Part shown: positions 37,992 through 47,176 of the stretch, piece after piece
Layout of the letters: each line of letters begins with the position of its first letter
Numbering within the stretch: position 1 is the first letter of the stretch
DNA from: a virus
Taxonomy: Duplodnaviria > Caudoviricetes
DNA: 63,204 bases
Virus record (IMG/VR): IMGVR_UViG_3300030110_002592
Coordinates: 1-63,204 of that record
Strand: one strand, 5' to 3'
Program-made: the position numbers and the translations under genes
The notes under the pieces: model-generated
What the model was told of the DNA's origin: nothing
Database searches by the model: none
What the model saw: only the letters and a program-made list of their open reading frames with translations

Positions 37992-38311
37992 TATAACTCT
38001 ACGATAGCTACAGTATAACCTTGTGCCTCTAAGTCTTCTTTGACTTTCTCAGAAGCTAGTAAGATAGTTTGAGTCTGCCCTTGAGCAATGTCAGCTTCTG
38101 CGTTATACAAAGGTTTCATCTCTGAAATCTTTAACACTTGACTGCCTGCTTCAAATGCTGCTGCATTTTCGTAGTAGTACATTCCCATTTGCATATTCAC
38201 ACCATTAGCTGCTGCTGCTAGTTCGATTCTTGCGTATGCGCTGTCCAACTCAATGCTTGTGCCTTGAATAGTTAACTTAGCTGTATCTGATTTTGAAATT
38301 TCTAATGCCAT
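37991..38311 (-). CDS. Fibre-associated hypothetical protein
   Basis: Directly downstream of the long fibre gene. Confidence 0.6.
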   Translation of the reverse strand: MALEISKSDTAKLTIQGTSIELDSAYARIELAAAANGVNMQMGMYYYENAAAFEAGSQVLKISEMKPLYNAEADIAQGQTQTILLASEKVKEDLEAQGYTVAIVEL

Positions 38312-38329
38312 TTTTGTTTTATTTAATGT

Positions 38330-41300
38330 TTATTTATTTTCTAATTCCTTAACTTTTGCCGACAACTCTTGTACCGCCTTAATCAAAGGCATTACTAATG
38401 CTGCGTATTGTATTCCTTGTTTACCATTGCTATCTTCGTTCCAACCGCTAAAGTCTACACCTAGGGAATCCATCGCTGCTTTTAAATCTTGAGCAATAAG
38501 ACCATTATGTACTTTGTCGGTATCAAATTCTCCTTTGATTGGTTCACCTTTTTCCTCATCATACTCAGAGCCGCCTTCTTTAAATCTAGGTTCAAGGATT
38601 GCCTCATCCCAATCAGCAGGGTGTTTTTTAGTATAGGTCTTAGGTTTTAATGCGTTGATGAAGTCTAAGCCTAAAGAAGCATCTTCAATGTTCTCTTTAA
38701 TTCTTTCATCTGATGTTACTGTCCAATCTACTGTAATGTTATTGGTAGCTACTGAAGCATTACCCCATATACCAACATTAGAACCTGAAGCAACCGCACC
38801 ATTACCACAAGCAATCTGATTTGTTCCTGTAGCATTAGCATCGGCATCGTAACCTATAACAGTATTATTAGTTCCCGATGTAATAGCATTTCCTGCTTTC
38901 CATCCTACTGCTACGTTTCCATCTCCATTATCATCTATGCCATATAAAGCTTGGTATCCAATGGCTGTGTTATGCTCTGCTGTGTTAGCAGTTGAACCTC
39001 CATACATGGCTTGAGTACCTATTGCGGTATTCATCTCATTATTTGGGCCATAGCCTGCTTGATATCCTACGTATGTGCTATTTTGCCAATCTACGTTATA
39101 TAAACCTGCTGAATATCCTATGAAAGTATTAGCAGTTCCTGTTGTATTTGAGCCACCACAATTATACCCAATAAACATATTTCCTGAAGCGGTGTTTAGC
39201 TGTCCTGCATAAGCACCAATACAGATATTATTATCTGCGGTAGTTATTGCAGTACCTGCATTTAATCCAAGTAATATATTTCTTAATCCACTTGCAGCAG
39301 TTATACTATCTCCTGCCGTTGCACCAATACAAATATTCTCACCGCTATCGGTAATCTTCATTATCTGTGTTCCTGCACTATTTTTTATTAATAGATTCGG
39401 AGTAGAATCAGTTGTGCCTTGACCTTTAATTTCTAAAGTAGCAGTAGGAGCAACGGCTGCTCTTGCATTACCTGTTCCTGTAGCACCTAAGTTAATCCCT
39501 AATTTGGATTGATTTGACGTAGCATAATCTCCGCTTAATAAATAATGTGGGTTAGTATGACAATGTCCAACGACAAGCTGACCATCGGCAGTAGGGTCAG
39601 GTACACCTACAAACATTCCTAATGCTATGTTTTTATCTCCTGTTGTTGGAACAGAACCACCATTTACACTATAACCAATAACTATATTTGCTGTTCCGCT
39701 CGATATATCTCTACCTGCTTGATTACCAATACCTATGTTCCCATATCCCGTAGTCATATAACAGGCTTGAGTTCCTATTGCCACATTATGACCTGCAGTT
39801 GTGTTTTCGTGCAAAGCAGTTTCACCAATAGCAATATTTTTATCGCCTGAAATTAATTTTTTAGCAGACTGATAACCTAATACAATATTATGTTCGCCTT
39901 CAGTTATAGCAAATCCTGAATAATAACCAATGCTTATGTTGTCATCTCCTGTAGTCAATGAAGCCAATCCTCCTGCACCAAGAGCAATATTTCTTTCTGC
40001 ACTACTTAATGTTCCATGTTGAGGTACACCATCTGCCGTAGCACCATTTTTAAAGAAATTCCACGCTGCACCTGTTCCTGTACACTCTACATCCGTTAGG
40101 TCATTTAATACTGAAGCACCTCCGCCTCCTGCTGCTGCCCATGCGGTAGAGCCATCAGTCTGTGCCGTTAATACATAATCGTTTGCACCTGTTACCGCAG
40201 TAGGTAAAGCATAAGCATTGTTTACTGTTACTTCTCCATCATCGGTTATCTTTAATAAATCATCTCCATCACTTGCTTCTACCAAAAGAGATGTAGTTCC
40301 TGATGTTGTGCCTTGTCCTTTAACATGAAGAGTTGCAGAAGGAACGTCAGTTGTTGCACCATTTATTAATAGCTTACATTCTCCATCAGTAGCATAAGTA
40401 CCTCGCATTAATAAAGCACCTGTACTATAACCAATCGTATATTCTCTTGAAATTCCTACTGCACTTGGATTAGTGGCATATCCCATTACTACATTAAAGC
40501 TACCTGTATAGTCTGAACCATACATAGTATTATATCCAATAGCGGTGTTACCTTGACCACTTGTTATTTGACCACCACCGAATCTACCGATACCAATATT
40601 GTTTCTATATGTCGCTACATTTAATGCTGATTGACCTATAGCTACGTTCATGCCTCCTGTTTGATTAGCACCTAATGCATTATCTCCAACTGAAACATTG
40701 CTTTCTGCGGTTGTTATTGCATTTCCATTATCTTTTCCTATAAGAACATTTTTTCCATTACCTGTAGTAATATTCATCCCTGCACCATATCCCATTATAA
40801 TATTTGATGATGAGGTTGTTAGTAGATAACCTGCTCTGTATCCAAGAGCAATATTATAATCCCCTTCGGTAATAGCTTTTAAGGCATGAGGCCCGATTGC
40901 TAAGTTTGCTCTTGCATCATTAAGCGTTCCTGACAATGCTGCTGAACCTGCTGAATCTCCATTAGCCATCCATATAGAATATTGTAACGCAGTTCCACCA
41001 CTAGCAGTTACTTTAGCATCAGTAAGACCATTGATGTCAGATGCACCACCGCCACTCGCAGCAGCGAAGCTTAAATTACCTGCTCCATCTGTTTGGATGA
41101 TTTGATTAGCTGCTCCATCTGCTGCCGGGAATGTGTAATCGTTAATAGTTAGTGTGCCGTTAGGGATACTGACGTTATCAGTTGAATCTATAGAAATGGC
41201 ATCTGAAGTTGGACTAGCAGTAGGGACATCACTACGAGTGATTTTAAATGAATCGTCTGTCCCGTCTGTATATATAGACCATCTTCGTGCATTGGCTTCG

Positions 41301-41713
41301 TTGAACTGTAAAATAGAATCGTCAGTGCCTGTAGAGTCGATGATGAATCTAGAGTGACCACCATTACTCTCAAATTTAGTGTCTAAGTCGGCAGTCGCAT
41401 CTAAAACGTGTAATGTAAAACTTGGTGATGCTGTTCCAATACCTAAACGATTATTAGTGTCATCCCAAAAGAAGTTTGCATTGTCTTGTGCCAACACACC
41501 TGCTGCACCTAAAAATAAAACCGATCCCTGTGTTCCACTTGTTACTGTATCTCCTATTGCTATACTTGCACTTATAGAAGCACTAAGTTCTGCACCTGTT
41601 ATTTTTTTAGATGCATATGTGCCACCACCTGTATCTTGAGAAATCTCAAATAGATCCGTTGCTGTAAAATTACCCCCAAGGGCCGTTAATTGTGATATTT
41701 TTTTATTTGCCAT
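38330..41713 (-). CDS. Long fibre/adhesin with YadA-like repeats and C-terminal peptidase S74 intramolecular chaperone
   Basis: NIALG/NTAIG repeats in three blocks; SDERIKENI...GLIAQD...PLIKAVQELSAKV. Confidence 0.85.
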   Translation of the reverse strand: MANKKISQLTALGGNFTATDLFEISQDTGGGTYASKKITGAELSASISASIAIGDTVTSGTQGSVLFLGAAGVLAQDNANFFWDDTNNRLGIGTASPSFTLHVLDATADLDTKFESNGGHSRFIIDSTGTDDSILQFNEANARRWSIYTDGTDDSFKITRSDVPTASPTSDAISIDSTDNVSIPNGTLTINDYTFPAADGAANQIIQTDGAGNLSFAAASGGGASDINGLTDAKVTASGGTALQYSIWMANGDSAGSAALSGTLNDARANLAIGPHALKAITEGDYNIALGYRAGYLLTTSSSNIIMGYGAGMNITTGNGKNVLIGKDNGNAITTAESNVSVGDNALGANQTGGMNVAIGQSALNVATYRNNIGIGRFGGGQITSGQGNTAIGYNTMYGSDYTGSFNVVMGYATNPSAVGISREYTIGYSTGALLMRGTYATDGECKLLINGATTDVPSATLHVKGQGTTSGTTSLLVEASDGDDLLKITDDGEVTVNNAYALPTAVTGANDYVLTAQTDGSTAWAAAGGGGASVLNDLTDVECTGTGAAWNFFKNGATADGVPQHGTLSSAERNIALGAGGLASLTTGDDNISIGYYSGFAITEGEHNIVLGYQSAKKLISGDKNIAIGETALHENTTAGHNVAIGTQACYMTTGYGNIGIGNQAGRDISSGTANIVIGYSVNGGSVPTTGDKNIALGMFVGVPDPTADGQLVVGHCHTNPHYLLSGDYATSNQSKLGINLGATGTGNARAAVAPTATLEIKGQGTTDSTPNLLIKNSAGTQIMKITDSGENICIGATAGDSITAASGLRNILLGLNAGTAITTADNNICIGAYAGQLNTASGNMFIGYNCGGSNTTGTANTFIGYSAGLYNVDWQNSTYVGYQAGYGPNNEMNTAIGTQAMYGGSTANTAEHNTAIGYQALYGIDDNGDGNVAVGWKAGNAITSGTNNTVIGYDADANATGTNQIACGNGAVASGSNVGIWGNASVATNNITVDWTVTSDERIKENIEDASLGLDFINALKPKTYTKKHPADWDEAILEPRFKEGGSEYDEEKGEPIKGEFDTDKVHNGLIAQDLKAAMDSLGVDFSGWNEDSNGKQGIQYAALVMPLIKAVQELSAKVKELENK

Positions 41714-41853
41714 TATTCTGTTATTCTATTGTTTTTGCCGTCCTCAGTAACTCTATAATCAGAAGTTTCTGTAATTCTATAAAATAAACCGGGGGCAAGA
41801 CCTATTAAGATTTGCTTTCCAACTGCTACCAATGTCCCTACCCAAATGCTCAT
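41713..41853 (-). CDS. 46-aa peptide not in the ORF track (MSIWVGTL...YRITETSDYRVTEDGKNNRITE)
   Basis: Manual translation; fills the gap exactly; stop overlaps the fibre ATG (TAATG). Confidence 0.7.
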   Translation of the reverse strand: MSIWVGTLVAVGKQILIGLAPGLFYRITETSDYRVTEDGKNNRITE

Positions 41854-41856
41854 TTC

Positions 41857-42342
41857 TTACCAATTTGCAATTAGATTACTAGCTGTAGTTCCTGTATCGT
41901 AAACTCTAATAACTTGTACCGGAACAAACAATCCTGTTGGCACTCCCGCATATGTTACAATATTTCCTGAAGTAGTTTTAACTTTTAAGTCACCTCCTCC
42001 TCCTACATAAATGATTGCTCCTACTCCGTGATTAGCAGAAGGGTTAATATATATTTTATAATTCTTACCTGCTGCTGAAATTATATTTGCTGATAAAGAT
42101 AGTACTGTTGCGCTGTCTATTCCTGTAACTGTAGCAATAGTTCCATCAGTGATGTTTACTATAATTGCGCCTGTAGCTAAACCTTGAATAGAAGTAAAGT
42201 CTTTAGTAGCATCTGTAAGTTTGCTTGCAGCTCCCAAATCAGACTCGCCGGAGATTTGAGAAGAACTTTCCAATGGGATATCTATCGTGTCGCTTTTAAT
42301 AACATCCGAAGCTAATCCTAATTGTAATTTTTGATAGGCCAT
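41857..42342 (-). CDS. Head spike base-like protein (RcGTA Rcc01079-like C-terminus)
   Basis: IYVGGGGDLKV..G..VTY.GVP.G..VPVQV.RVY.TGTTAS.LIA. Confidence 0.6.
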   Translation of the reverse strand: MAYQKLQLGLASDVIKSDTIDIPLESSSQISGESDLGAASKLTDATKDFTSIQGLATGAIIVNITDGTIATVTGIDSATVLSLSANIISAAGKNYKIYINPSANHGVGAIIYVGGGGDLKVKTTSGNIVTYAGVPTGLFVPVQVIRVYDTGTTASNLIANW

Positions 42343-42345
42343 TAT

Positions 42346-42567
42346 TTATTTATTTGCATTCCCATATGGGAACAGATCGTTTAATGTTTTTTTTCTTTTT
42401 CCGCAACCGCAGTCTTTACCTGTGGCTTGTTTGTATTTCTCTACTAATGAATGTATGCCTGTAGCCTTAGTAACCCTTTCTACAGTATCACCAAGGCCCC
42501 TGTCGCGCTGAGTGGGTTTTGGATATCCCGCTCTTTTTTTACCTCCTCTATAATATTTTGCAGACAT
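42346..42567 (-). CDS. Small basic protein with CGC motif
   Basis: RGLGDTVERVTKATGI...DCGC.KRK..LN.LFPY. Confidence 0.7.
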   Translation of the reverse strand: MSAKYYRGGKKRAGYPKPTQRDRGLGDTVERVTKATGIHSLVEKYKQATGKDCGCGKRKKTLNDLFPYGNANK

Positions 42568-42655
42568 TATCTCATTGAGTTTGTTGTTTTCAATAGGGGA
42601 AGGACTTAGGGCAAAAAGAATAAATGAGTCAGCACCCCAAGCCTTCCCTCTAAAG

Positions 42656-42835
42656 TTAATACTTCTTGGCTTTGCCTTTAACTTTTTTTAATCTAGGATT
42701 CTTTTTCTTAGCAGCAGCCGAAGCTTTTCGTGTGCTAGAAGCTAGTATAGCAGAAGCTGCCTTCTTACTTACACCCTGCTTCTTAGCAATCTTAGCAGCA
42801 ACATTTTTAAATCCTCTTACTTTTTTAGCCGCCAT
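42656..42835 (-). CDS. 59-aa Lys/Ala-rich histone-H1-like protein not in the ORF track
   Basis: Manual translation MAAKKVRGFKNVAAKIAKKQGVSKKAASAILASSTRKASAAAKKKNPRLKKVKGKAKKY; starts 2 nt after the upstream stop. Confidence 0.75.
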   Translation of the reverse strand: MAAKKVRGFKNVAAKIAKKQGVSKKAASAILASSTRKASAAAKKKNPRLKKVKGKAKKY

Positions 42836-42837
42836 GA

Positions 42838-43062
42838 TTATTTTTTTATAAGAGAGCTTAAATGTTTCTTGACTTTGCCATCATGAATGCACTTATGCTC
42901 ATAGCTCATAGAATGATCACCACCATAGGCGTGACCGTAATCTTTTTTTGACATTGCTTTACTTTCATCTCTTCTGTCTTTGAAAGATTGCTTGTGTTTG
43001 CCTTTATGTTTCATACCTAAAGACTCATCAAGTCTTGCGTTATATCCTTGCTTATGTTTCAT
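42838..43062 (-). CDS. Small His/Lys-rich protein
   Basis: QGYNARLDESLGM..QSFKDRRDESKAM. Confidence 0.7.
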   Translation of the reverse strand: MKHKQGYNARLDESLGMKHKGKHKQSFKDRRDESKAMSKKDYGHAYGGDHSMSYEHKCIHDGKVKKHLSSLIKK

Positions 43063-43071
43063 TTTTACTTT

Positions 43072-43629
43072 TTATTTTGATTTATTATGTCGTTTTGTTA
43101 GTGAGGTCTTTGCCTTAACGCCGCCTTTTTTCTTAACTTTGGACGTTGTTAGAGGTTTTTTCTTCTTCTTTTTAGCCTGTTCATACAAATGCCAACCCAC
43201 CTCCTTCATTGGTTCTTGGCTATCTTTTATTTTTCTACCTTTAAAACTAGCATATGCTTTGTCTCCACTACTTTCATACCTTCCGTAAGCACTTAATTTA
43301 TTGCCTACTCTTTTCATTAACTCCTTTCTTCTAGATGCCTCTATCTCATGTTCAGATTTTGATGACTTGCCCTTATACACACTTCCTCCTGCGGGAGAAC
43401 GTCTATATGCTTCATAGCCTTTAGCTTCTTTTTTAGTTCCTGTTCCTTGCCCCCACTTACCATAAAGTTTTGGAGTGCTAAGAGTCTTAGCTTCTTCTTC
43501 CGCAGTCTGAGTAGTATATTTTTTACCTCTATAAGCAAAGGTATTCTTTCCTGCTTTTCTAGCACTTGCAAAAGTTTCTCTAAATCCGCCCTTGCCGCCA
43601 TTTTGCTTTTTTGTTTTACCGTTGCTCAT
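43072..43629 (-). CDS. Basic protein
   Basis: FRETFASARKAGKNTFAYRGKKYTT motif; poly-Lys tail. Confidence 0.7.
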   Translation of the reverse strand: MSNGKTKKQNGGKGGFRETFASARKAGKNTFAYRGKKYTTQTAEEEAKTLSTPKLYGKWGQGTGTKKEAKGYEAYRRSPAGGSVYKGKSSKSEHEIEASRRKELMKRVGNKLSAYGRYESSGDKAYASFKGRKIKDSQEPMKEVGWHLYEQAKKKKKKPLTTSKVKKKGGVKAKTSLTKRHNKSK

Positions 43630-43665
43630 AATCTGTATTTTTATATACTTTTGTTTTGTACTTTA

Positions 43666-43673
43666 CAAATATA
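43666..43673 (-). promoter_or_regulatory. -7 promoter box (TATATTTG) for the basic-protein operon
   Basis: TAnnTTTG upstream of 43629. Confidence 0.65.
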
Positions 43674-43683
43674 GTAATTTTAT

Positions 43684-43998
43684 TTATTTGGACTTTAACC
43701 TTTCATTTTCCTTTTCAAGATGAACTACTCTCTCTCTAAGAGTTGAAACCTCTTGTGTTAATGATAAAATTTGTTTTCGTAAATCGTCTTTTTCTTCTGC
43801 TGAATCAAAGAGTAATTTTTCTAATTTGCTAACCCTTTGTTTTAAATCGTCTCGATATTGCACACTGTCATTTGTTGTAGATAGTTCTAATTTTTTTTCT
43901 TCCGCTCGAAGCTTCATTCTGTGTTCGAAAAACTTCCATACCCCCGCAGACCCGGCTACAGTAATTAAAGTAATAAGTACTTGGTCTAAATTGTCCAC
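43684..43998 (-). CDS. N-terminal TM plus coiled-coil protein
   Basis: VLITLITVAGSAGVW followed by heptads; TATCTTTG box at 44026-44033. Confidence 0.65.
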   Translation of the reverse strand: MDNLDQVLITLITVAGSAGVWKFFEHRMKLRAEEKKLELSTTNDSVQYRDDLKQRVSKLEKLLFDSAEEKDDLRKQILSLTQEVSTLRERVVHLEKENERLKSK

Positions 43999-44058
43999 TT
44001 GTTTTCGTATTTTTATATCTTTCTACAAAGATAATAAAATTAAAATTCACCTAAATTT

Positions 44059-44532
44059 ATGAAGGTAAACATCAAAAAACACTACGAACGCTCGGAGCCT
44101 AAGTACGATTACTTGAAATATTGGAGGGTAATAAGATATTTCTATCAACAAAAGTACGATCTCAAACAAGCAGAGCTAGAGATATTATTGTTCTTATATT
44201 CGGAAATGTACTTCAATAAAACAAAGTTTAAAGAATATGAAAACCTATTTACATGGGATCGAAAAAGATTTAATAATCTTCTTGATCGTGGGTTCATACA
44301 TATGTTTAGGCCAAAGAATAATACCGAAGCCGCCCTCTATGAGGTCACCCATAAAACGCGTACCATGATAACAACCATGTATAAAAAACTCAATGGAGAA
44401 GAAATCCCCGAGCATCCCGACAACAACCCTTTATTTAAAAAGAATGTAAAGTACACCGACAAGGTATACAAGAATATGATTAAAGAAATGAACAAGTCTA
44501 TAAAACAACAACGATATCTCTCTCGAGAATAA
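44059..44532 (+). CDS. MarR-like winged-helix DNA-binding protein
   Basis: YDLKQAELEILLFLY...FNNLLDRGFI....LYEVT.K. Confidence 0.55.
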   Translation: MKVNIKKHYERSEPKYDYLKYWRVIRYFYQQKYDLKQAELEILLFLYSEMYFNKTKFKEYENLFTWDRKRFNNLLDRGFIHMFRPKNNTEAALYEVTHKTRTMITTMYKKLNGEEIPEHPDNNPLFKKNVKYTDKVYKNMIKEMNKSIKQQRYLSRE

Positions 44533-44755
44533 TTGTAAAAGTCTTGCCGTTTATAATCATATCGAATCCTGCACTCCTGTCATAGTAGATAATCTCCCCT
44601 TCCTTTACAGATGTTACTTCTGTACCGGGTTTAACGATTTCCCCTTTCTTATACCTAAACTTATTGGCATCTTCATTAGACAACAATAATCCTGAAGATG
44701 TAGTTATCTCCTCTTCAATGGTATTGATGATGATATATTTATTGACTGCTCTCAT
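44498..44755 (-). CDS. groES: Co-chaperonin GroES
   Basis: MRAVNKYIII...TTSSGLLL...GEIVKPG...VKEGE.IYY...IILERDIVVVL. Confidence 0.85.
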   Translation of the reverse strand: MRAVNKYIIINTIEEEITTSSGLLLSNEDANKFRYKKGEIVKPGTEVTSVKEGEIIYYDRSAGFDMIINGKTFTIILERDIVVVL

Positions 44756-46394
44756 ATGTTCGTGCTAATGTTATTATTGCATTGGTACTTAAAATAGTTA
44801 TTGCTACCGACACAGCATTTCCTAGTGCGCTCTTAGTTACTTTAGCAGGGTCTATTACTCCCAACTTCAACAAGCTACCGTACTTATCGTTTTTAACATC
44901 GTATCCGTCATCAGGTGGCCCTCCTCTTAATGCTATCTCTTCTGCTATGGCTTCGGGGTTTAGTCCTGCATTGGTCATAATTTGCCTAAATGGCGCACGA
45001 AGTGCGTTCGAAAAAATTCGCATAGCCACCTCTTTCTCCTTACTTACTCCATCTTTATGGTTCATGGCTTCAGCAAAGATAGTGGTGTTTATATATTCAG
45101 CCTGCGTGATCAGCGATATCCCTGCTCCCGGCAGTATGCCTTCTTGCAGCGCGGAGCGCACTGCACAGACAGCATCATCAATCCTATCATATCTTTCCTT
45201 CTGCTCTAAGTCTGTTGTGCCGCCGGCATATATTACCCCTACACCACCTGTTAGCGAAGCGATCCTGTGCAAGATAAAATCTTGATCGGATTTTTTTTCT
45301 GTAGACTTATGTTGCTCCCACAACTCCGATACGCGCTTGGCAATATCTTTGTCGCGATCACTATCGCCTTCGTCTTTAATGATAATGGTAGACTCTCTGC
45401 CTATAATAACTTTTTGTGCATGGCCAAGATCATCGAAGTTTATAATACTCAAGTCATCACCTGTTTGCTCAGAGAAGTATGTAGCACCTATAGATAGGGC
45501 AATGTCGTTCATAAGCTCGTGTTGCTTGTATCCAAACTGCGGAGGCTGCACCGTGCAGACTTTTATTTTGTTCTTCATTACATTTGCCGCAAGCGTGTTT
45601 ATCACGTTTCCCGAACATGGCGCTATCAACAGAAGCTTTTTGTTTTGTGTAAGTATTGGTTTCAATATACTCTCTATTGTCAACACATTGCTAATCTCTG
45701 CATCTGACACCAACACATATACATCTTCAAGTATACACTCATCGCGCTTGTGATTGTTGATGAACAATGAAGACCCATATCCACGATCAAACTTAAATCC
45801 TCGCGTTACATCTGAATAGGTGGCCTCCGACTGTGAGTTCTCCACCGTAACAATTCCATTTTCGCCAACCTCTTTATAGGTATCAGCGATAAGCTTACCC
45901 AATACTCTGTCGTTATTGGCAGATATTGTGGCTACATCCAACAGCTTGCGCTTGCCGACAGGCGTAGCACTTTTGCTTAAACGCGCCAACGTATCTCTAC
46001 ATATCTCCTCTAAATGGCGTAAGGTCTCCGTAACATTTAATGTACCGTCAATGCCAATATCATAAAACTCTTTTATCAATGCTTCCGTCAACACAATCGC
46101 TGTGGTTGTGCCATCACCCGCATCTTGGGCCGTCTTGTCGGCAGCACGTTTCATAATGCGTACCGCTAAATTTTCTACAGGGTCTAATAAGTCAATGGCC
46201 TTGGCAACAGTAACGCCGTCCTTTGTTACCGTCATACCGTGAGTGTGGTTCTGTGATTCCATTAGCACCGTCTTGCCGCGAGGGCCTAATGTGCTTTTTA
46301 CAGCGCGACTGATTTTGTCAATCCCGCTTATTAACTTTTTTCTTCCCTCTTCGTCAAATGATAATGACTTCGGTGAGTATCCTATTCCTTCCAT
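44739..46394 (-). CDS. groEL: Chaperonin GroEL
   Basis: VKSTLGPRG, VTKDGVTVAK, AGDGTTTA, ATISANND, EGILPGAG, GVIDPAKV. Confidence 0.95.
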   Translation of the reverse strand: MEGIGYSPKSLSFDEEGRKKLISGIDKISRAVKSTLGPRGKTVLMESQNHTHGMTVTKDGVTVAKAIDLLDPVENLAVRIMKRAADKTAQDAGDGTTTAIVLTEALIKEFYDIGIDGTLNVTETLRHLEEICRDTLARLSKSATPVGKRKLLDVATISANNDRVLGKLIADTYKEVGENGIVTVENSQSEATYSDVTRGFKFDRGYGSSLFINNHKRDECILEDVYVLVSDAEISNVLTIESILKPILTQNKKLLLIAPCSGNVINTLAANVMKNKIKVCTVQPPQFGYKQHELMNDIALSIGATYFSEQTGDDLSIINFDDLGHAQKVIIGRESTIIIKDEGDSDRDKDIAKRVSELWEQHKSTEKKSDQDFILHRIASLTGGVGVIYAGGTTDLEQKERYDRIDDAVCAVRSALQEGILPGAGISLITQAEYINTTIFAEAMNHKDGVSKEKEVAMRIFSNALRAPFRQIMTNAGLNPEAIAEEIALRGGPPDDGYDVKNDKYGSLLKLGVIDPAKVTKSALGNAVSVAITILSTNAIITLARTYESSQ

Positions 46395-46415
46395 ATTTGA
46401 TTAAATTTAATTCCA

Positions 46416-46724
46416 TTATAAAGGTGGCTTCTGTAAATAAATTGGTGTCATCTCCCCAACGTAAGCGCCAAATACATTAAACTCTAAGTACTCAATCGCC
46501 TCTATCTCATCAATGCCGTCTTCGGCCATAAGGATCTTGACCATCTTTGAGGCATCGTAAATAACTCTGCCGGTATTGTTGCACCATCCAATAATAGCTT
46601 TCTCGTAGCCATCTGCTAATAAAGCATCGGGATACATATCCCGTACTTCTTCAATAATTTGTTCGTGATTCACTGACTCTTCTTTTTTCCAAAAGTACAA
46701 AATATATTTTATTTTTTCAGACAT
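46416..46724 (-). CDS. Hypothetical protein
   Basis: ADGYEKAIIG...VIYD..KMV.IL..DG....EAIEYLEFNV.GAYVGE.TP. Confidence 0.7.
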   Translation of the reverse strand: MSEKIKYILYFWKKEESVNHEQIIEEVRDMYPDALLADGYEKAIIGWCNNTGRVIYDASKMVKILMAEDGIDEIEAIEYLEFNVFGAYVGEMTPIYLQKPPL

Positions 46725-46887
46725 TGCTAATCGTTTAATTCATCTATTATAATACTAATAGGTATACACATTAAAAGTATTAAAGGTAAATAAATCATTA
46801 TAAACAACATATATATCAAAGTAACCTTATTGTGCCGAGCTGAGTCTCTACAGTTACTATCTTTTTCTTCATTGTGCAAATATACAA

Positions 46888-47080
46888 AAATGTCGAGATG
46901 TCGACTTTTTCTTTCCTTACTTTACTATATATATACTTATTAACGCGATGTTTTTTTCTAATAGATTTCGGACTTAAACTCGGCATTTTCGACATTGGTT
47001 TTATAAAGTATTCTAAATCAATAAGTTATGATATGTCGACTTTTTTTTAACTCGACACAAAAATGTCGAAACTCGACACA
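46888..47080. repeat. TGTCGA/TCGACA iteron cluster around an AT-rich core (origin-like element A)
   Basis: Hexamer at 46891, 46899, 46989, 47034, 47052, 47064, 47073. Confidence 0.7.
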
Positions 47081-47101
47081 AACACTGTGAAATCAATAAA
47101 A

Positions 47102-47123
47102 GAAAGGGGCCGAAGCCCCTTTC
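47102..47123 (-). terminator. Rho-independent terminator
   Basis: GAAAGGGGC-TTCG-GCCCCTTTC followed by T tract. Confidence 0.85.
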
Positions 47124-47176
47124 AAACAAACAACTAACCCGAAGCTTTACAGCTTTGGAGAAAAAAAAAGAATATA

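Noticed and set aside
38330-41713. Diversity-generating retroelement target
   Set aside because: No reverse transcriptase and no template/variable repeat pair seen
42595-42650. tRNA gene
   Set aside because: No cloverleaf or TTCGA T-loop; I saw no tRNA anywhere in the window
2188-45753. Many 60-170 aa plus-strand ORFs antisense to structural genes
   Set aside because: Shadow ORFs with Ser/Leu/Phe-rich composition and no leaders; only 44059-44532 is credible
46888-47080. CRISPR array
   Set aside because: Repeats are only 6-12 bp, in both orientations, with irregular spacing
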